Part shown: positions 49,658-62,269 of the stretch, piece after piece
Position numbering within the stretch: position 1 is the first letter of the stretch
Layout: each line of letters starts with the position of its first letter
NCBI GenBank assembly: GCA_028534125.1
Contig: CM052818.1
Coordinates: 20,710,001-20,774,000 of the forward strand
Length of the DNA stretch: 64,000 nucleotides
Source of the DNA: Lama glama
Lineage: Eukaryota
Direction: 5' to 3'
Translations under genes and position numbers: made by a program
Notes under the pieces: model-generated
The model's database searches: none
Seen by the model: only the letters and a program-made list of their open reading frames with translations
What the model was told of the DNA's origin: nothing

Positions 49658-52600
49658 TAGGCATGCATTATTCCATTGCACTTTGCTTTATTGTGCCTTG
49701 CAGGTACTGTGTGTTTTACAAATTGAAGGTTTGTGGCAACCCTCATCATGCAAGTCTCCTGGTGCCATTTTCTAACAGCACTTGCTCACTTTGTGTATTT
49801 GTGTCACATTTTGATAATTCTCACAATATTTCAAAATTTTCCACTATTATAATATTTGTAATGGTGATCTGTGATCAATGATCTTTGACATTACTATTGT
49901 AATTGTTTTGGGGTGCCATGACTGTACCCATGTATGACAGCAAACTTAACTGATAAGTGTATTTGTGTTCTGACTGCTGCACCGACCAGCTGTTCCCCAC
50001 TCTTGCTCCTTTTTGGGCCTTCCTGTTCCCTGAGACACAATCATAGTGACATTAGGCCAGTTAATAACCCTACAGTGGCCCCTAAGTGTTCAGGTGAAAG
50101 GAAGAGTCATATATCTCTCGCTTTAAATCAAAAACTAGAAATTAGTATGCTTAGTGAGGAAGGCATGTCAAAAGCCAGGACAGGCCACAAGCTAGGCCTC
50201 TTAATGCCAAACAGGTAGCCACATTATGAATGCAAAGGATACGTTCTTGATGGAAATTAAAAGCACTACTCTGGTGAAGACACGAATGATAGAAAAGTGA
50301 AATAGCCTTACTGCTGATAAGGAAAAAGTTTCTGGATAGAAGATCAAATTGGCCACATAATGCCCTTAAGCCAAAGCCTAATCCAGAGCATGGCCCAAAC
50401 TTTCTTCAATTTTATGATGGCTGAGAGGTGAGGAAGCGGCAGAAGAAAAATTTGAAGCTAGCAGAGGTTGGTTTGTGAGGTTTAAGGGAAGAAGCAGTCT
50501 CTATAACATAAAGTACAAGGTGAAGCAGCAAGTGCTGATGTAGAAGCTGCAGCAGGTTATACAGAAGATCTAAGGTAATTAATGAAGATGGCTACAATGA
50601 ACAATAGATTTTCATTATAGACAAAAGAGCCTTTCATTATAGACAAAAGACTTGAAGAAGATGCCATCTAGGACTTTCATAGCTAGAGAAGAGAAAATGC
50701 CAGGCTTCAAAGCTTCAAAGGACAGGGTCTCTCTTGTTAGGGACTAATGCAGCTGGTGACTTGAAATTGAAGCCAGTGCTCATTTACCACTGCTCTATAA
50801 ATGGAACAACAAAGCCTGGATAACAGCACATCTGTTTACAACATGGTTTGCTGAATATTTTAAACCCACAGTTGAGACCTACTGCTCAGGAAAAAAGATT
50901 ACTACTCATTCACAATGCCCCTGCTTACCCAAGAGCTCTGATGGAGATGTACAATGAGATTAATGTTGCTTTCCTGCCTGCTAACATAACATCCATTCTG
51001 CAGCCCATGGATCTAGAACTAATTTCAACTTTCAAGCCTTATTATTTAAGAAATGCTTTTCAGAAGGCTATAGCTGTCATAGATAATGATTCCTCTGATG
51101 GATTTGGGCAAAGTAAGTTGAAAACTTCTGGAAAGGATTCACCATTCTAGATGCCATTAAGATAATTTGTGATTCATAGGAAGAGATCAAAATATTAACA
51201 TTAACAGAAGTTTGGAAGAAGTTGATTCCAGCCCTCATGGATGACTTTGAGGGGTTCAGGACTTCAGTGGATGAAGGAACATCACATGTGGTGGAAATAG
51301 CAAGAGAACTAGAATTAGAAGTGGAGCCTGAAAATGTGAAAGAATTGCTGCAATCTCATGATAAAACTTTAATGGATAAAGAGTTACTTCTTATGGATGA
51401 GCAAAGAAAGTGGTTTCGTGAGATAGAATCTGCTCCTGGTGAAGATGTTGGGAAGATTGTTTAAATGACCACAAATGATTTAGAACATTACATAAACTTA
51501 ATTGATAAAGCAGCAGCAGGGTTTGAGAGGATTGACTCCAATTTTTCAAAGACATTCTACTGTGGATAAAATGCTGTCAAACAGCATTGCCTGTTATAGA
51601 GAAATCATCCATGAAAGGAAAAGTCAATCAATGTGGCAAACTTCATTGTTGTCTTATTTTAAGAAATTGCCACAGCCACCACAATCTTCAGCAGCCACCA
51701 CCCTCAGCAGTCATTAACACCAAGGCAGGAACCTCCACTAACAAAAAGATTACAACTTGCTGAAGGTTCAGATGATGACTGACATTTTTTAGCAATAAAG
51801 TATTTTTTTATTTTTATTTTTTTAATTTTCAAAATGTATTTTTAATTACATATTGAAGTATAGTTGTTATACAGTATTATATAAGTGACAGGTATACAAT
51901 ATAGTAATTCACAATGTTTAAAGGTTATACTTTATTTATAGTAATTATAAAATATTTGCTGCCCTGATTTGTACAATATACCCTTGTAGCTTATTTTATA
52001 CATAATAGTTTGTACCTCTTAATCTGCTACCCATATGCTGCCCCCTCCCCATCCTTCTCCCTTCTCTATCCCTGTGAGTCTGTTTCTTTTTTTTTTATAT
52101 TCAGTAGTTTGTTGTATTTTTTAGATTACACATATAAGTCATATCATACAGTATTTGACTTATTTCACTTAGCAAAATATTCTCCAAGTCCATCCATGTT
52201 GTTGGAAATGGCACAATTTCATTCTTTTTAATGGCTGAATAGTATTCCATTGTATATGTATACCACATTGTCTTTATCCATTCATCTGTTGATGGACACT
52301 TAAGTTGCTTCCATATTTCAGCAATTGTAAATAATGCTGCTGTGAACATTGGGGTGCATGCATCTTTTCAAATTAGTATTTTTATTTTTTTTTTTTGGAT
52401 ATATACCAAGGAGTGGAATTGCTGGGTCATATGGTAGTTATATTTTTTAGTTTTTTGAGGAACTTCCATACTGTTTTCTACAGTGGCTGCACTAATTTAC
52501 ATTCCCACCAGCAGTATATAGGGTTTCCTTTTCTCCACATCCTCACAAACATTTATTTGTGTTATTTTTGATGATAGTCACTTTTAAATTAAGGTATGTA

Positions 52601-52773
52601 CTTTTTTTTTTTTTTACATATAATGCTATTGCACACTTGGACTACAGTATAGTTTAAATATAACTTTTATATGCACTGGTAAACCAAAAAATTTGTGTGA
52701 CTTGCTTTATTGTGATGTTTGCTTTATTGTAGTAGCCTGGAACTGAACCTGCAATATCTCCCACATGTGCTTG
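49658..52773 (+). mobile_element. Tigger1 (TcMar-Tigger) DNA transposon, near complete, transposase pseudogenised
   Basis: Both ends recognisable (TA|taggcatg... and ...gcaatatctcccacatgtgcttg); transposase fragments [42 protein letters not shown] and [10 protein letters not shown]. Confidence 0.94.
51803..52581 (-). mobile_element. 5'-truncated L1 3' end inserted into Tigger1
   Basis: ORF 52101..52349 (MFTAALFTIAEIWKQLKCPSTDEWIK) is the L1 ORF2 C-terminus; Tigger1 resumes at ttttaaattaaggtatgtac. Confidence 0.92.
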
Positions 52774-53247
52774 TGTTCTCTGAGTTTTGACACATTCACA
52801 ATTTTTTCCTGTGTCCTTTATACTTGAATGACATTTTGACTCAGTATAATATTTTGTATTAGCACTTCCACTCCTTAAATTTGTCATATATGTTGTTTTG
52901 TTGTTGCCTTGCTCTGTATGCTTTTTTGGGGAATTCAGATGCTAATCTAATTCTCTGTTTCCTAGAAATGCTGAAGGTGTGGGTCCTGTGTTGTTTTATT
53001 TATTCACTTTATTGGTTTTATAGGAGGATAGGGGGAGATTTGGAATCAGGACACTGCCAGTGTTCTTTAAGTCTGGAATTCCTCAATAAATCATTTTTTA
53101 AATTTATTTTTCCTCTTTTCTGAATTTTACTGTTATAAAGAGAGGATAATGAAAAAGACTAGAATGCATTACTTTTCAAGTGATATTTAATTATCATTAT
53201 TAAAACTGTAATTAAAAAAACTTTTGGTTGTATAGATGTTAAAGGTT

Positions 53248-53251
<4 letters not shown>

Positions 53252-53285
<34 letters not shown>
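53252..53285. repeat. (TG)17 microsatellite
   Basis: Read directly. Confidence 0.97.
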
Positions 53286-53286
<1 letters not shown>

Positions 53287-55334
53287 TACATAACATGAAG
53301 AGTATTCCATTATACCACAGATATTTCTTGAACACTTATTATATATTGGTTCCTACTTGGGGTGTGGAGTTGACATGGTCCCTGCTGTTGAAATTTTGAA
53401 GTGTTTCACTATTATATCTAAGTTGTCAGTTTTACTTTTGTGTGCACTCTGTCATACCAGGTGAAGTGAATACTGTTGATAATTGGAAAAATTGATAGAA
53501 GAGTGAAATTTTACTTGCCTGGCCATAGTCTACTGATAGAGCCTAATGAAAAAGAGTTTTTAACAAACCAGTGACTCTACACTAAAATTCCTTTTGCAGA
53601 AGTGATTTTGCTGTGGGATGTGGTCTCCCTTTATTTGATTTAATTTTATTGCCACTTTAGAAAAATCTATTAAAACCTAGTTTTCTTAATATATCATTGA
53701 AAACATTTTGGTCTCTGCATTTTAACTAGTGTGCTTATTAATTAGCACATGTGGCATTCTGAGTTAGTTTATGGTTTAATTTAAGTTTTTTATTGACACA
53801 GGCTTCCAAGTGTGACAATATTAAGATCTAAGAAGGTAGAGCATTTTGGGAATGTCAGTTTTGAAAAAGAGCCCTGTGTTTGGAGAAGAACTTTTTAGTT
53901 ATCTTGGAGGCTAGAGTGATAAGATGCTAGCTCATGGAGAAGGCTTTTCATTTCCTATAGTGTCAAGGTCTCATGTCCCCAACTCCAAACCCTGTTTTTC
54001 AGATAGCTCAGCATACAGTATCCCAGTGTACAGAAGCGAGGGAAAATGATGGCAGACAGTGGTAAAGGAAGAACAGTACCTGGAACTCCTTCTGCAAATA
54101 CTGTGGGAAGAGCTGTGATAGCTGTTCACTAAATTAATTCTTCCAGCTGCATCCTTTCTCTTTTTTCTCCACAATGGTCCTTAGTATGCTCCTTTCCACC
54201 GTATAAATTTGTAACTCAGCCTTCACAATCTTTTTTGTAGCTTCTTTCACTGGTATCCTCACTTTCTGTGTCTTTTACAACACCTGCTTCATATTCAGTG
54301 CTGCCATCTGCAGTAATTCTGCTTTATCTCTCTACTGTTAATCTCCATTTTGCCCCAAACTCTGTTTCTGTTACGCTATTCCTTTTTCTACCATGGATCC
54401 TTTGGTGTCAGGATATTTTAAAGTTTGACCTATGACTTTACTTGCTGTGGTGGGAAAAAAAAGCACCCCCCCACTACTATTATTTTTATATAATAGTGTA
54501 TTTATATAAATCAGAATTAAATAACTTTTCCCCTTATATTATTATCTTCCGCATGAATGAATTTATTACAGATAAGTTCTTGGATAAAAAACTTTTATTT
54601 ACTGTTCAGTGTTCCTTTCAGTACATTAAAGAGGTAGCAGACATTGAAGATTTTATCCAGCCCAAACTAAAGTTTATTTTGTACTAAAATTTTATTTTTC
54701 AGTGATTATTTTATTTTTGCCAATGTTCACCTTAGAAATGTCTCAAATACGTCAAGAAAAAGAAAAAATATCCATTAATTTTAAAACTTTGATGATTTAT
54801 TCTATATTTAACATTTTACTTTAAACTAGCTTTAAAATTTATATGAGTTAAAGTTACAAAAAGATACATACTTTTCATTTTTTACTTTCTTTTTGATGTG
54901 AGAAACAGAACTTTTTAGTGTAGAATTATTTTCTGGTATTAAGTTAAATTATTTTAAGCTTGTTTCACCACAGATAAGTTTAAATTTTGTTAGGTATTGT
55001 CATGAAAATGTGCTAAAATTGTTAAAATACCAATTTGTGTCCTGTAAGGGAGAATCTAATTTATTAAAACCTCATTCATTAAGATGTATTAGGGGGAGGC
55101 CATGATGAATTATTGAAAAATCTGAGTGTATATTAAAGTGATGCTGTTTCTTTAACTTTGCTGTCTTTTAACTTATTATATTATATATATGTGGGTATAT
55201 TTTATAAACTGGACTAGGAGATACTATTTAACAGAGGCTGTTGGTGAACTTGATTACATTATTTGATTAATTTGTGATTATACTTGAAAATCTCAGTATT
55301 TGGTATAGAGTATTTTAGCAAAGGAGTATTTTTA

Positions 55335-58110
55335 CTTATAACAGCTTTATTGAAATATAATTCATATCACATATAATTCACTCATTTGTACTGTACAGTT
55401 CCATGGTTTTTAATATGTTCACAGAGTTGTACAATTGTATAATCCTTTTTAGAATATTTTCATCACTCCAAAAATAAACCATGTACCCATTTGCAGCCAC
55501 TTCCATTTCCCTCCAATTACCTTGTTGCCCCAACCTCTGGGCAGTGGACTTCCCATCTGTATACAGTTGTCTGTTAAGGACATTTTATATAAAGAAATTG
55601 TGGTCTTTTGCATCTGACTTCTTTCACTTAGCGTAATGTTTTCAAGGTTCATCCTTGTCTATCTGTCTTTTTGATTATGGCCATCTTAGTATGAAATGGT
55701 TTCTCTCTATGGTTTTGATTTGTATTTTTCTAGTAGCGATGATGTTGAACATCTTTTCATGTCCTTATTGAACATTTCTATATCATCTTTGAAAAAAATG
55801 TCTCTTTGGATCTTTTGCACATATTTAGGTTGTATCTTTATTGTTGAATTGTAAGAGTTGTTTGTATATTATAGGTATAAATCCTTTATGTGATATATGA
55901 TTTATAAAACTTTTCTCCTGTGCTAAGTGCTTTCTTTTCACTTTCTCATTGGTATCCTTTGAGGTACAAAAATTATAATTTTGTTGAAGTCCAGTCTGGT
56001 TTTTTTTGTGTGTTGAATATACTTATAGTATTTTATCTAAGGCCTTATGTAATTCACAGTCATGAAGATTTTGCCTTGTATTTCTTCTAAGGGTTTTATA
56101 AGTTTGGTTTTTATATTAGGTCTGTAATTAATTTTGAGCCAATTTTTGTGTCTGGAGTGAGGAAGCAGTACAATTTCATACTTTTGCATGTGGCTACCCA
56201 TTGTCTTGGCACCACTTATTGAAAAGACTGTATTTTCCATGTTGAATTGTCTTAACACCCTTGTTGACAATCACTTGATGGTTGATGTATAGATTCATTT
56301 CTGGACTCTCTATTTCCATTGATCTGTATGTTTATCCTTAATGCCAGTACCACACTGTCTTGATTACTGTAGTTTTGTAGTAAGTTTTGAAATTGAGAAG
56401 TGGGAGTCCTCGTGGTTTGTCCTTTTTTTTTATATAAGATTAATTTGGTTTTTCTGGGTTCCTTGAATTTCTATGTAAATCTTAGAATTAGTTTGTCAAT
56501 TTCTGCAAAGATGCTACCTGGTATTTGATAGGGATTGCATCAAATCTATAAATTATTTTGGAAATTATTGCCATCTTAGCAATATTAAACCTTTTGATCC
56601 ATGAACCTGGAAGGTCTTTCCACTTATTGAGGTCTTCTACAGTTTTTTTAAACAATGTTTTATAGTTTTCAGAGTATAAGTTTTGAACTTTTTTTGTCTA
56701 ATTTATTCCTAGTATTTTATTCATTCTTGTGCTATGGTAAATGGAATTAAAAATCTTTTCAGAATGTTTATTGCTAGTTCGTTTGTAGAAACTGATTATC
56801 TTGCAACCTTGCTGAGCTCTATTAGTTCTAATAGTTTTATAGTGGATTAGTTAGTATTTTCTGTATATAAGATTATAGTATCTGCAAATAGAGATAGTTT
56901 TACTTCTTTCTTTTCAATTCAGATGCCGTTTATTTCTTTTTCTTGCCTAAATTTCCTGTCTAGAACCTCCAGTACAATGTTGAATAGAAGTGCAAGAGGA
57001 GGCACCCTTGTAATCTTAAGAAGGAAAGCTTCCAGTCTTTTATCACTAAATATTATCAATATTTTATATTAATAATTATTGAATATTATTGATATCTATT
57101 AAACATTATGAATATTTAATATTAATTATTATCTTTGGCATTTTTGTATGTGCCCTTTATCACATTGAAAAATTTGCTTTCTGTTCCTGGTTTGTTGAAT
57201 GTTTTTATTATGAACAACTGCTAGAATTTTCTTATTCTTTCTGCATCTATTGAAACGGTCATGTAATTATTGTTTTTTATGCTCTTGTTATAATGTATTA
57301 TTATGTTAATTGCTTTTTGGATGTTAAACCAACCTTGCATCCCTGAAATAAATCCTTCTTTGTTTTCATGGGGGAGGTAACTAGGTTTATTTATGTATTT
57401 TTTTTTTTAACGGTGGTACTGGGGATTGAACCCAGAATCTCATGCATGGTACGCACACACTCTATCACTGAGCTCTACCCTCCTCCCTGAAATAAATCCC
57501 TCTTGATCCTCATGTTCAATCCTTTTTATATGTTTCTGGGTTTGGTTTACTAGTATTTTATTGACTATTTTTATATCTGTATGCATATGCATTTGGTCTT
57601 TATTTATTTTGCATTGTTCTTACCTGGTTTTGGTATCAGGGTAAATGGAATTGGGAAGTTTTTTTCTTCTAATGTATTTTTGGAGAAGTTTGTGAAGAGT
57701 TGCTATTAATTCTTTTTTAAATGTTTGGTAGAATTCAGTGGTGAAGCCATATTGAATTTTCTACTTTTAAAATTCTATTTTGGCAGTATGTGTCTTTTTA
57801 GGAGTTTGCTCATTTTATTTAAGTGATCTAATTTGACATACAGTTGTTCATAGTATTCTCTTATCCTTTTTATTTCTATAACATTCATATTAATGGCTCT
57901 TCTTTCATTCTTGACTTTGGTAATTGGAATATCTCCTTTTTTCCCTTGGTCAGTCTAGTGGAAGGTTTGTCAGTTTTGTTGATACTTTCCAAGAATCAAC
58001 TTTTGGTTTGGTTGATAATTTTCTATTCACAATTTTATTAATTTTCCCTCTATTCTTTATAATTTCCTTCCTTCTGCTTGCTTTAGGCTTGTTTGTTCTA
58101 CTTTTTTTGT
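55335..58110 (-). mobile_element. Old L1M (3' UTR plus ORF2 portions, internally deleted)
   Basis: 3' end at aacagctttattgaaatataattcata; ORF2-like text throughout (ccagtaccacactgtcttgattactgtag; tctgcaaatagagatagttttacttct). Confidence 0.9.
57361..57487 (-). mobile_element. Vic-1-type tRNA-derived SINE nested in L1
   Basis: Minus strand gggtagagctcagtgatagag...ctgggttcaatccccagtaccacc; flanking duplication ccctgaaataaatcc(t/c)tctt at 57341 and 57485 (19/20 identical). Confidence 0.9.
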
Positions 58111-58179
58111 TTGTTTGCTCTTCTTTAAAGAGTGTTTTTAATGTGTTTTAAAAAACAATTGCTCTTTTGATATGTTAAT

Positions 58180-58400
58180 TAAGAGCAGGGACAGGTTGGT
58201 CTGAATTTAAATTTCTGCTTTGCTGCTTGCTAGCTTTGTAATTTGGGACAAGTTAGTCTTAGAAAAATTATCATATAAAAGTAAGGTGATAATACATGCA
58301 TCACTGGTGGCTTTGAAGATAAGTGTGGTAATATATTTAAAGTGTTTAGATGGGTCTGACAGTTGGTAAGTGCTCAATAAATGGTAATAATTAGTAGTTA
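58180..58400 (+). mobile_element. MIR SINE
   Basis: ctgaatttaaatttctgctttgctgcttgctagctttgtaatttgggacaagtt...ggtaagtgctcaataaatggtaa. Confidence 0.75.
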
Positions 58401-58748
58401 TGAAATATCTCACTTAGGAATCTTTTCACAAATCTAAAATGTATATCTTTCTAACTCCAGATGATCAAAAACTTTCAATTAGTAGAATCTGAAATGAGAT
58501 TTTAGATCACCAAGGTCTCATCCTGTGAATATCATAGGCTTTGTGCCTGTGTTTTACTTTGAAAAAACTTGAAAAAAGTATAAAGAAATTATTATATTTA
58601 ATACATTCTTGGTAAATGAATGAATACAAAATTGATATAGTTCTAGGCTGGATAACCACCCAGTTTGTTTCACACATGTTGACTAGTTTAATTGATCATT
58701 TATATATTTTGTGGATCATCAGTCTTTGCCGTATATGTTTGCACTCAG

Positions 58749-58852
58749 ATTCTGGCAATTAACCGTGGAGAAAATCTGAAGATACTAACGGTCAAGGTTA
58801 ACATTTCTGATGGAGTGAAGAATGAGTTCTGTAGGTGGTGCATTCAAAACAG
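58749..58852 (+). CDS. SRBD1: SRBD1 exon 10 (104 nt): [34 protein letters not shown](R)
   Basis: Acceptor CTCAG|A, donor AG|GTCTGT; Tex motif (HQ)ILAINRGE; within ORF 58692..58916. Confidence 0.95.
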
Positions 58853-60049
58853 GTCTGTTTATAGAATTTTCTTTCTTTCATTTTTAAAATCCCATATTGA
58901 GATCTATATGTACTGATAATGTATAAAAAAAGAAAAAGAAAAAATTCCTTAAGAATGGTTCTTTAGTTCCCAGAGAATTATTTTATTTAGCTGGCTCTTG
59001 TTTAAGTTCTTTATTTTCCATAGGAGCATTTCTTCAGTTATCTTTATAAAGAGAAATTTCTAGAACATGACTGAAAATTATACCGCTCTACCACAGTAAT
59101 GTAAAGTATTATAGTATAGGTCAAATAATATTACCATTTATTCAACTGGAGTAGAACTGAATAAAATAAAATATAGATGAGCCAAGGAACATCAACTAAA
59201 TCACTGCAAGGAAATTCATTCCTTGATACTTACTAGTATAAAGATAACAGATTAAAAATGTAAGTAATACTTCCTTGACTACTGAGGACAGACTCTGATA
59301 CTGAGTATTATGAATATTCATAGGAAAATAAGCTAGAAAATGTCCCTAATTTACTGTGATCTATTTATAAAAAAACATTTCTTAAAAGGAAATTAGCACA
59401 GTCCCATCACTTTATAGTGATAGATATCATCAGTCTACACAATTACTTGAAATATCAGTTAATTCTCTCAAATTAGTAGGAAAGGTATTATTCACCATTT
59501 TAAGGATAATGAAACCAAGAAAGAAATTAAGTAGCATGCTTATGCTCATAAGCGTAGGAAGTAGTATAACTGTAATTCAAACTCAAATATGTGTATCTGT
59601 CTTAGGATTTTGCTCTATGAAACTATCTTAGAATATCATCATGTTTTAAATTAAAGTTATCTAATTTCTTAATAGAATTTTTTAAATCTATGATTTCTCT
59701 TAGGTATTTACAACTCTTTCCCTGTCCTACATGTCTTCTGCTGTGATCTGAATAGTCCTATAGGCACTATTTCTTTCCTAATTAGTTATTGTTCTCTCCT
59801 TGCGTGTTGACATAAATTGGACAGAATCCTGTCACTTATGTATAAAGAAACAGAATGAAATATTAAACTAATTAAGCCAATATTTGAATAAAGTACTTGC
59901 ATGGAACTTCAGTGGAAGGTAAGTAGGTTTATTGGGTAAAAATAGCAGTCATTCAATTGATTCTGATAAATGTCCTTTGATATTTGTTCCATTCATTATC
60001 CTTTACATGCATGTGTTCTCTCTTGTATTTTTTAGATGAATAAACTTGG

Positions 60050-61271
60050 CTTTATTGTTTTCTAAAAGTTTTATAGTTTTATATTTTATATGTATATAAG
60101 TCCATGATCCATTTTTTGTATAAGGTTTGTGGTTTAGGTTGAGTTTTATTTTTTTGTACATGGATGTTCATTTGCTCCAGTGCCATTTGTTGAAAAGGCT
60201 ATCCTTCCTCCATTGAACTGATTTTACCCTTTGTAAAAAAATCTGTTGGATATATCTCTGTGCATCTATCTCTGTTTCTCTGTTTCATTCCACTGATAGG
60301 TGTCTGTCCTGCCACCAATCCCACACTGTCTTGGTTACTGTAGCTGTATAGTAGGCCTTAATATTAGGTAGAGTGATTCCTCCTACTGCAGTCTTCTTTT
60401 TCACGATGGTTTTAGCTATCCTAGGGCTTAAGCCTTTCCATGTAAATTTTAGAATAAGCCTTATTTACAAAAAACTTGCTAGGATTTTGATAGGAATTGC
60501 ATTAAACTTGTAGATCTTTTTGGAGAGACTTGACCTATTTACTATATTGAGCTTTCCAATCCGTGAGTACGGTTTGTCTCTTCTTTTACTTAGAACATCT
60601 TTGATTTTTTCCATTAGCATACAGGTCCTGTACATGTTCTGTTAAATTTATATCTAAGCATTTCTTTGATTTTTTTTCATCAGCATGGAAATCCTATATA
60701 TATATTTTTAAATTTATCCCTAAAGACTTCATTTTCTTTGGAGTGATTATAAATGGTATTGTGTTTTAATTTTGGTTATGGTAGAATTCTCCATCGAAAC
60801 CATCTGGGCCTGGAGATTTCTGTTTTGAAAGCTTGTAAATTATGAATTCAGTTTCTTTGTTGAGTTTTAGTAATTGTGACTTTTTAGAAATTGGGTCCCT
60901 TTTTCTTTTACGTTGAATTTATGAGCATAAATTTGTTTATAGTATTCCCTTATTATCCTTGTAATAGCTATAGGTTATGAAGTGATATCCTTTGTATTAT
61001 TCCTGATCTTAATAATTTGTGTCTTTATTTTTTATTTTTGTCAGTCTTGCTAGAGATTTTTGAATTTTATTTATTTTTGAAGAACCATATTTTCATATCA
61101 TTGATTTTTTTTTTTTAATTGTTTTCCTGTTTTCAATTTCATTTATTTCTGCACTTGTATTTGTTACTTTTCCCCTTTGTTTGCTTTGGGTTTAGTTTGC
61201 TTTTCTTTTCCCATTTTTTGAGGTAGAACTTTATATTATTGATTTGAGATCTTTTTTCCTTTTTTTGCTTG

Positions 61272-61304
<33 letters not shown>

Positions 61305-61890
61305 GTTTGTTTGTTTGTTTATGGGAGGAGGTAATTAGGTAATTATTTGTTTATTGGAGCTACTGGGGATCAAACCCAGGACCTCATACATGCCTAGCAT
61401 GCCCTCTACCACTAAGCTATACCCTCCCCCAAGATTTTTTTTTTTAAATGTAAACATTTTAGTGCTATTAATTTCCCTCTCGGCACTGATTTATCTGTGT
61501 CCACATATTTTGATATGTTGCATTTTCATCTTTATTCAGATTTATCTAATTAAAAAATCTCCTTTTAGACTTTTTCTTGACCCCTGGATTATTTAGAAGT
61601 ATGTTGTTTAATTTCTAAGTGTTCAGAGATTTTCTTGTTTTCTTTCTGTTACTGATTTCTGGTTTCATCCCATTATGGTCAGAGAACATACACTTGTATG
61701 ATTTAAATTCTTTTACATTTGTTAAGGTTTGTAATTTGGCCCAGGAAATATGATCTTTCTTGGTAAATGTTCCATGGGCACTTGAAAAAAAATCAAATGA
61801 ATTCTGCTGTTGTTGGGTTTAGTGTTCTGTATATGTCAGTGAGATCCTATTGATTGATTTTGTTGTTCATATCTTTGATATCCTTGCTCA
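60050..61890 (-). mobile_element. Old L1M ORF2 fragments
   Basis: ccagtgccatttgttgaaaaggctatcc...ttttgataggaattgcattaaac...cattatggtcagagaacatac. Confidence 0.87.
61262..61430 (-). mobile_element. Vic-1-type SINE nested in L1, with a tail converted to (TG)14/(TTTG)n on the + strand
   Basis: Minus strand gggggagggtatagcttagtggtagag...cctgggtttgatccccagtagctcc...cctaattacctcc. Confidence 0.88.
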
Positions 61891-62269
61891 GCCTTGTTTT
61901 ACATTGTTTTGATCCACTGTAAATACTTAAAATTACTAATAGATGTTTATGGGTTCTAACAAGATGGTCATGAGTGGAGGGTATTATTCTCAGGGATTTG
62001 GGAATTGAAGAGAATGTCGCTGAGAAGGGGATTTTAGTACTTTAAGATCTTGGCTGCTGAAAGGACAAATCCTGTCTATTCACATATTTTTGTTTGGATT
62101 TTTATATAATCTTGGCGTACAAATGTTGGTCATTTTAGATAATTTTGAATAAGTAGCCAATATTTGAAAGTTCTAGGATTTTCATATAAATGCATGTTTC
62201 TGAGTTTTTCTGAAAAAAACAAAACAAAACAAAAACATAATCTGGCACAACTGGCCATGCATTCTGGTG

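Noticed and set aside
49934..51717. Domesticated transposase (TIGD1/CENP-B-like gene)
   Set aside because: Fragmented into several frames with stops and deletions.
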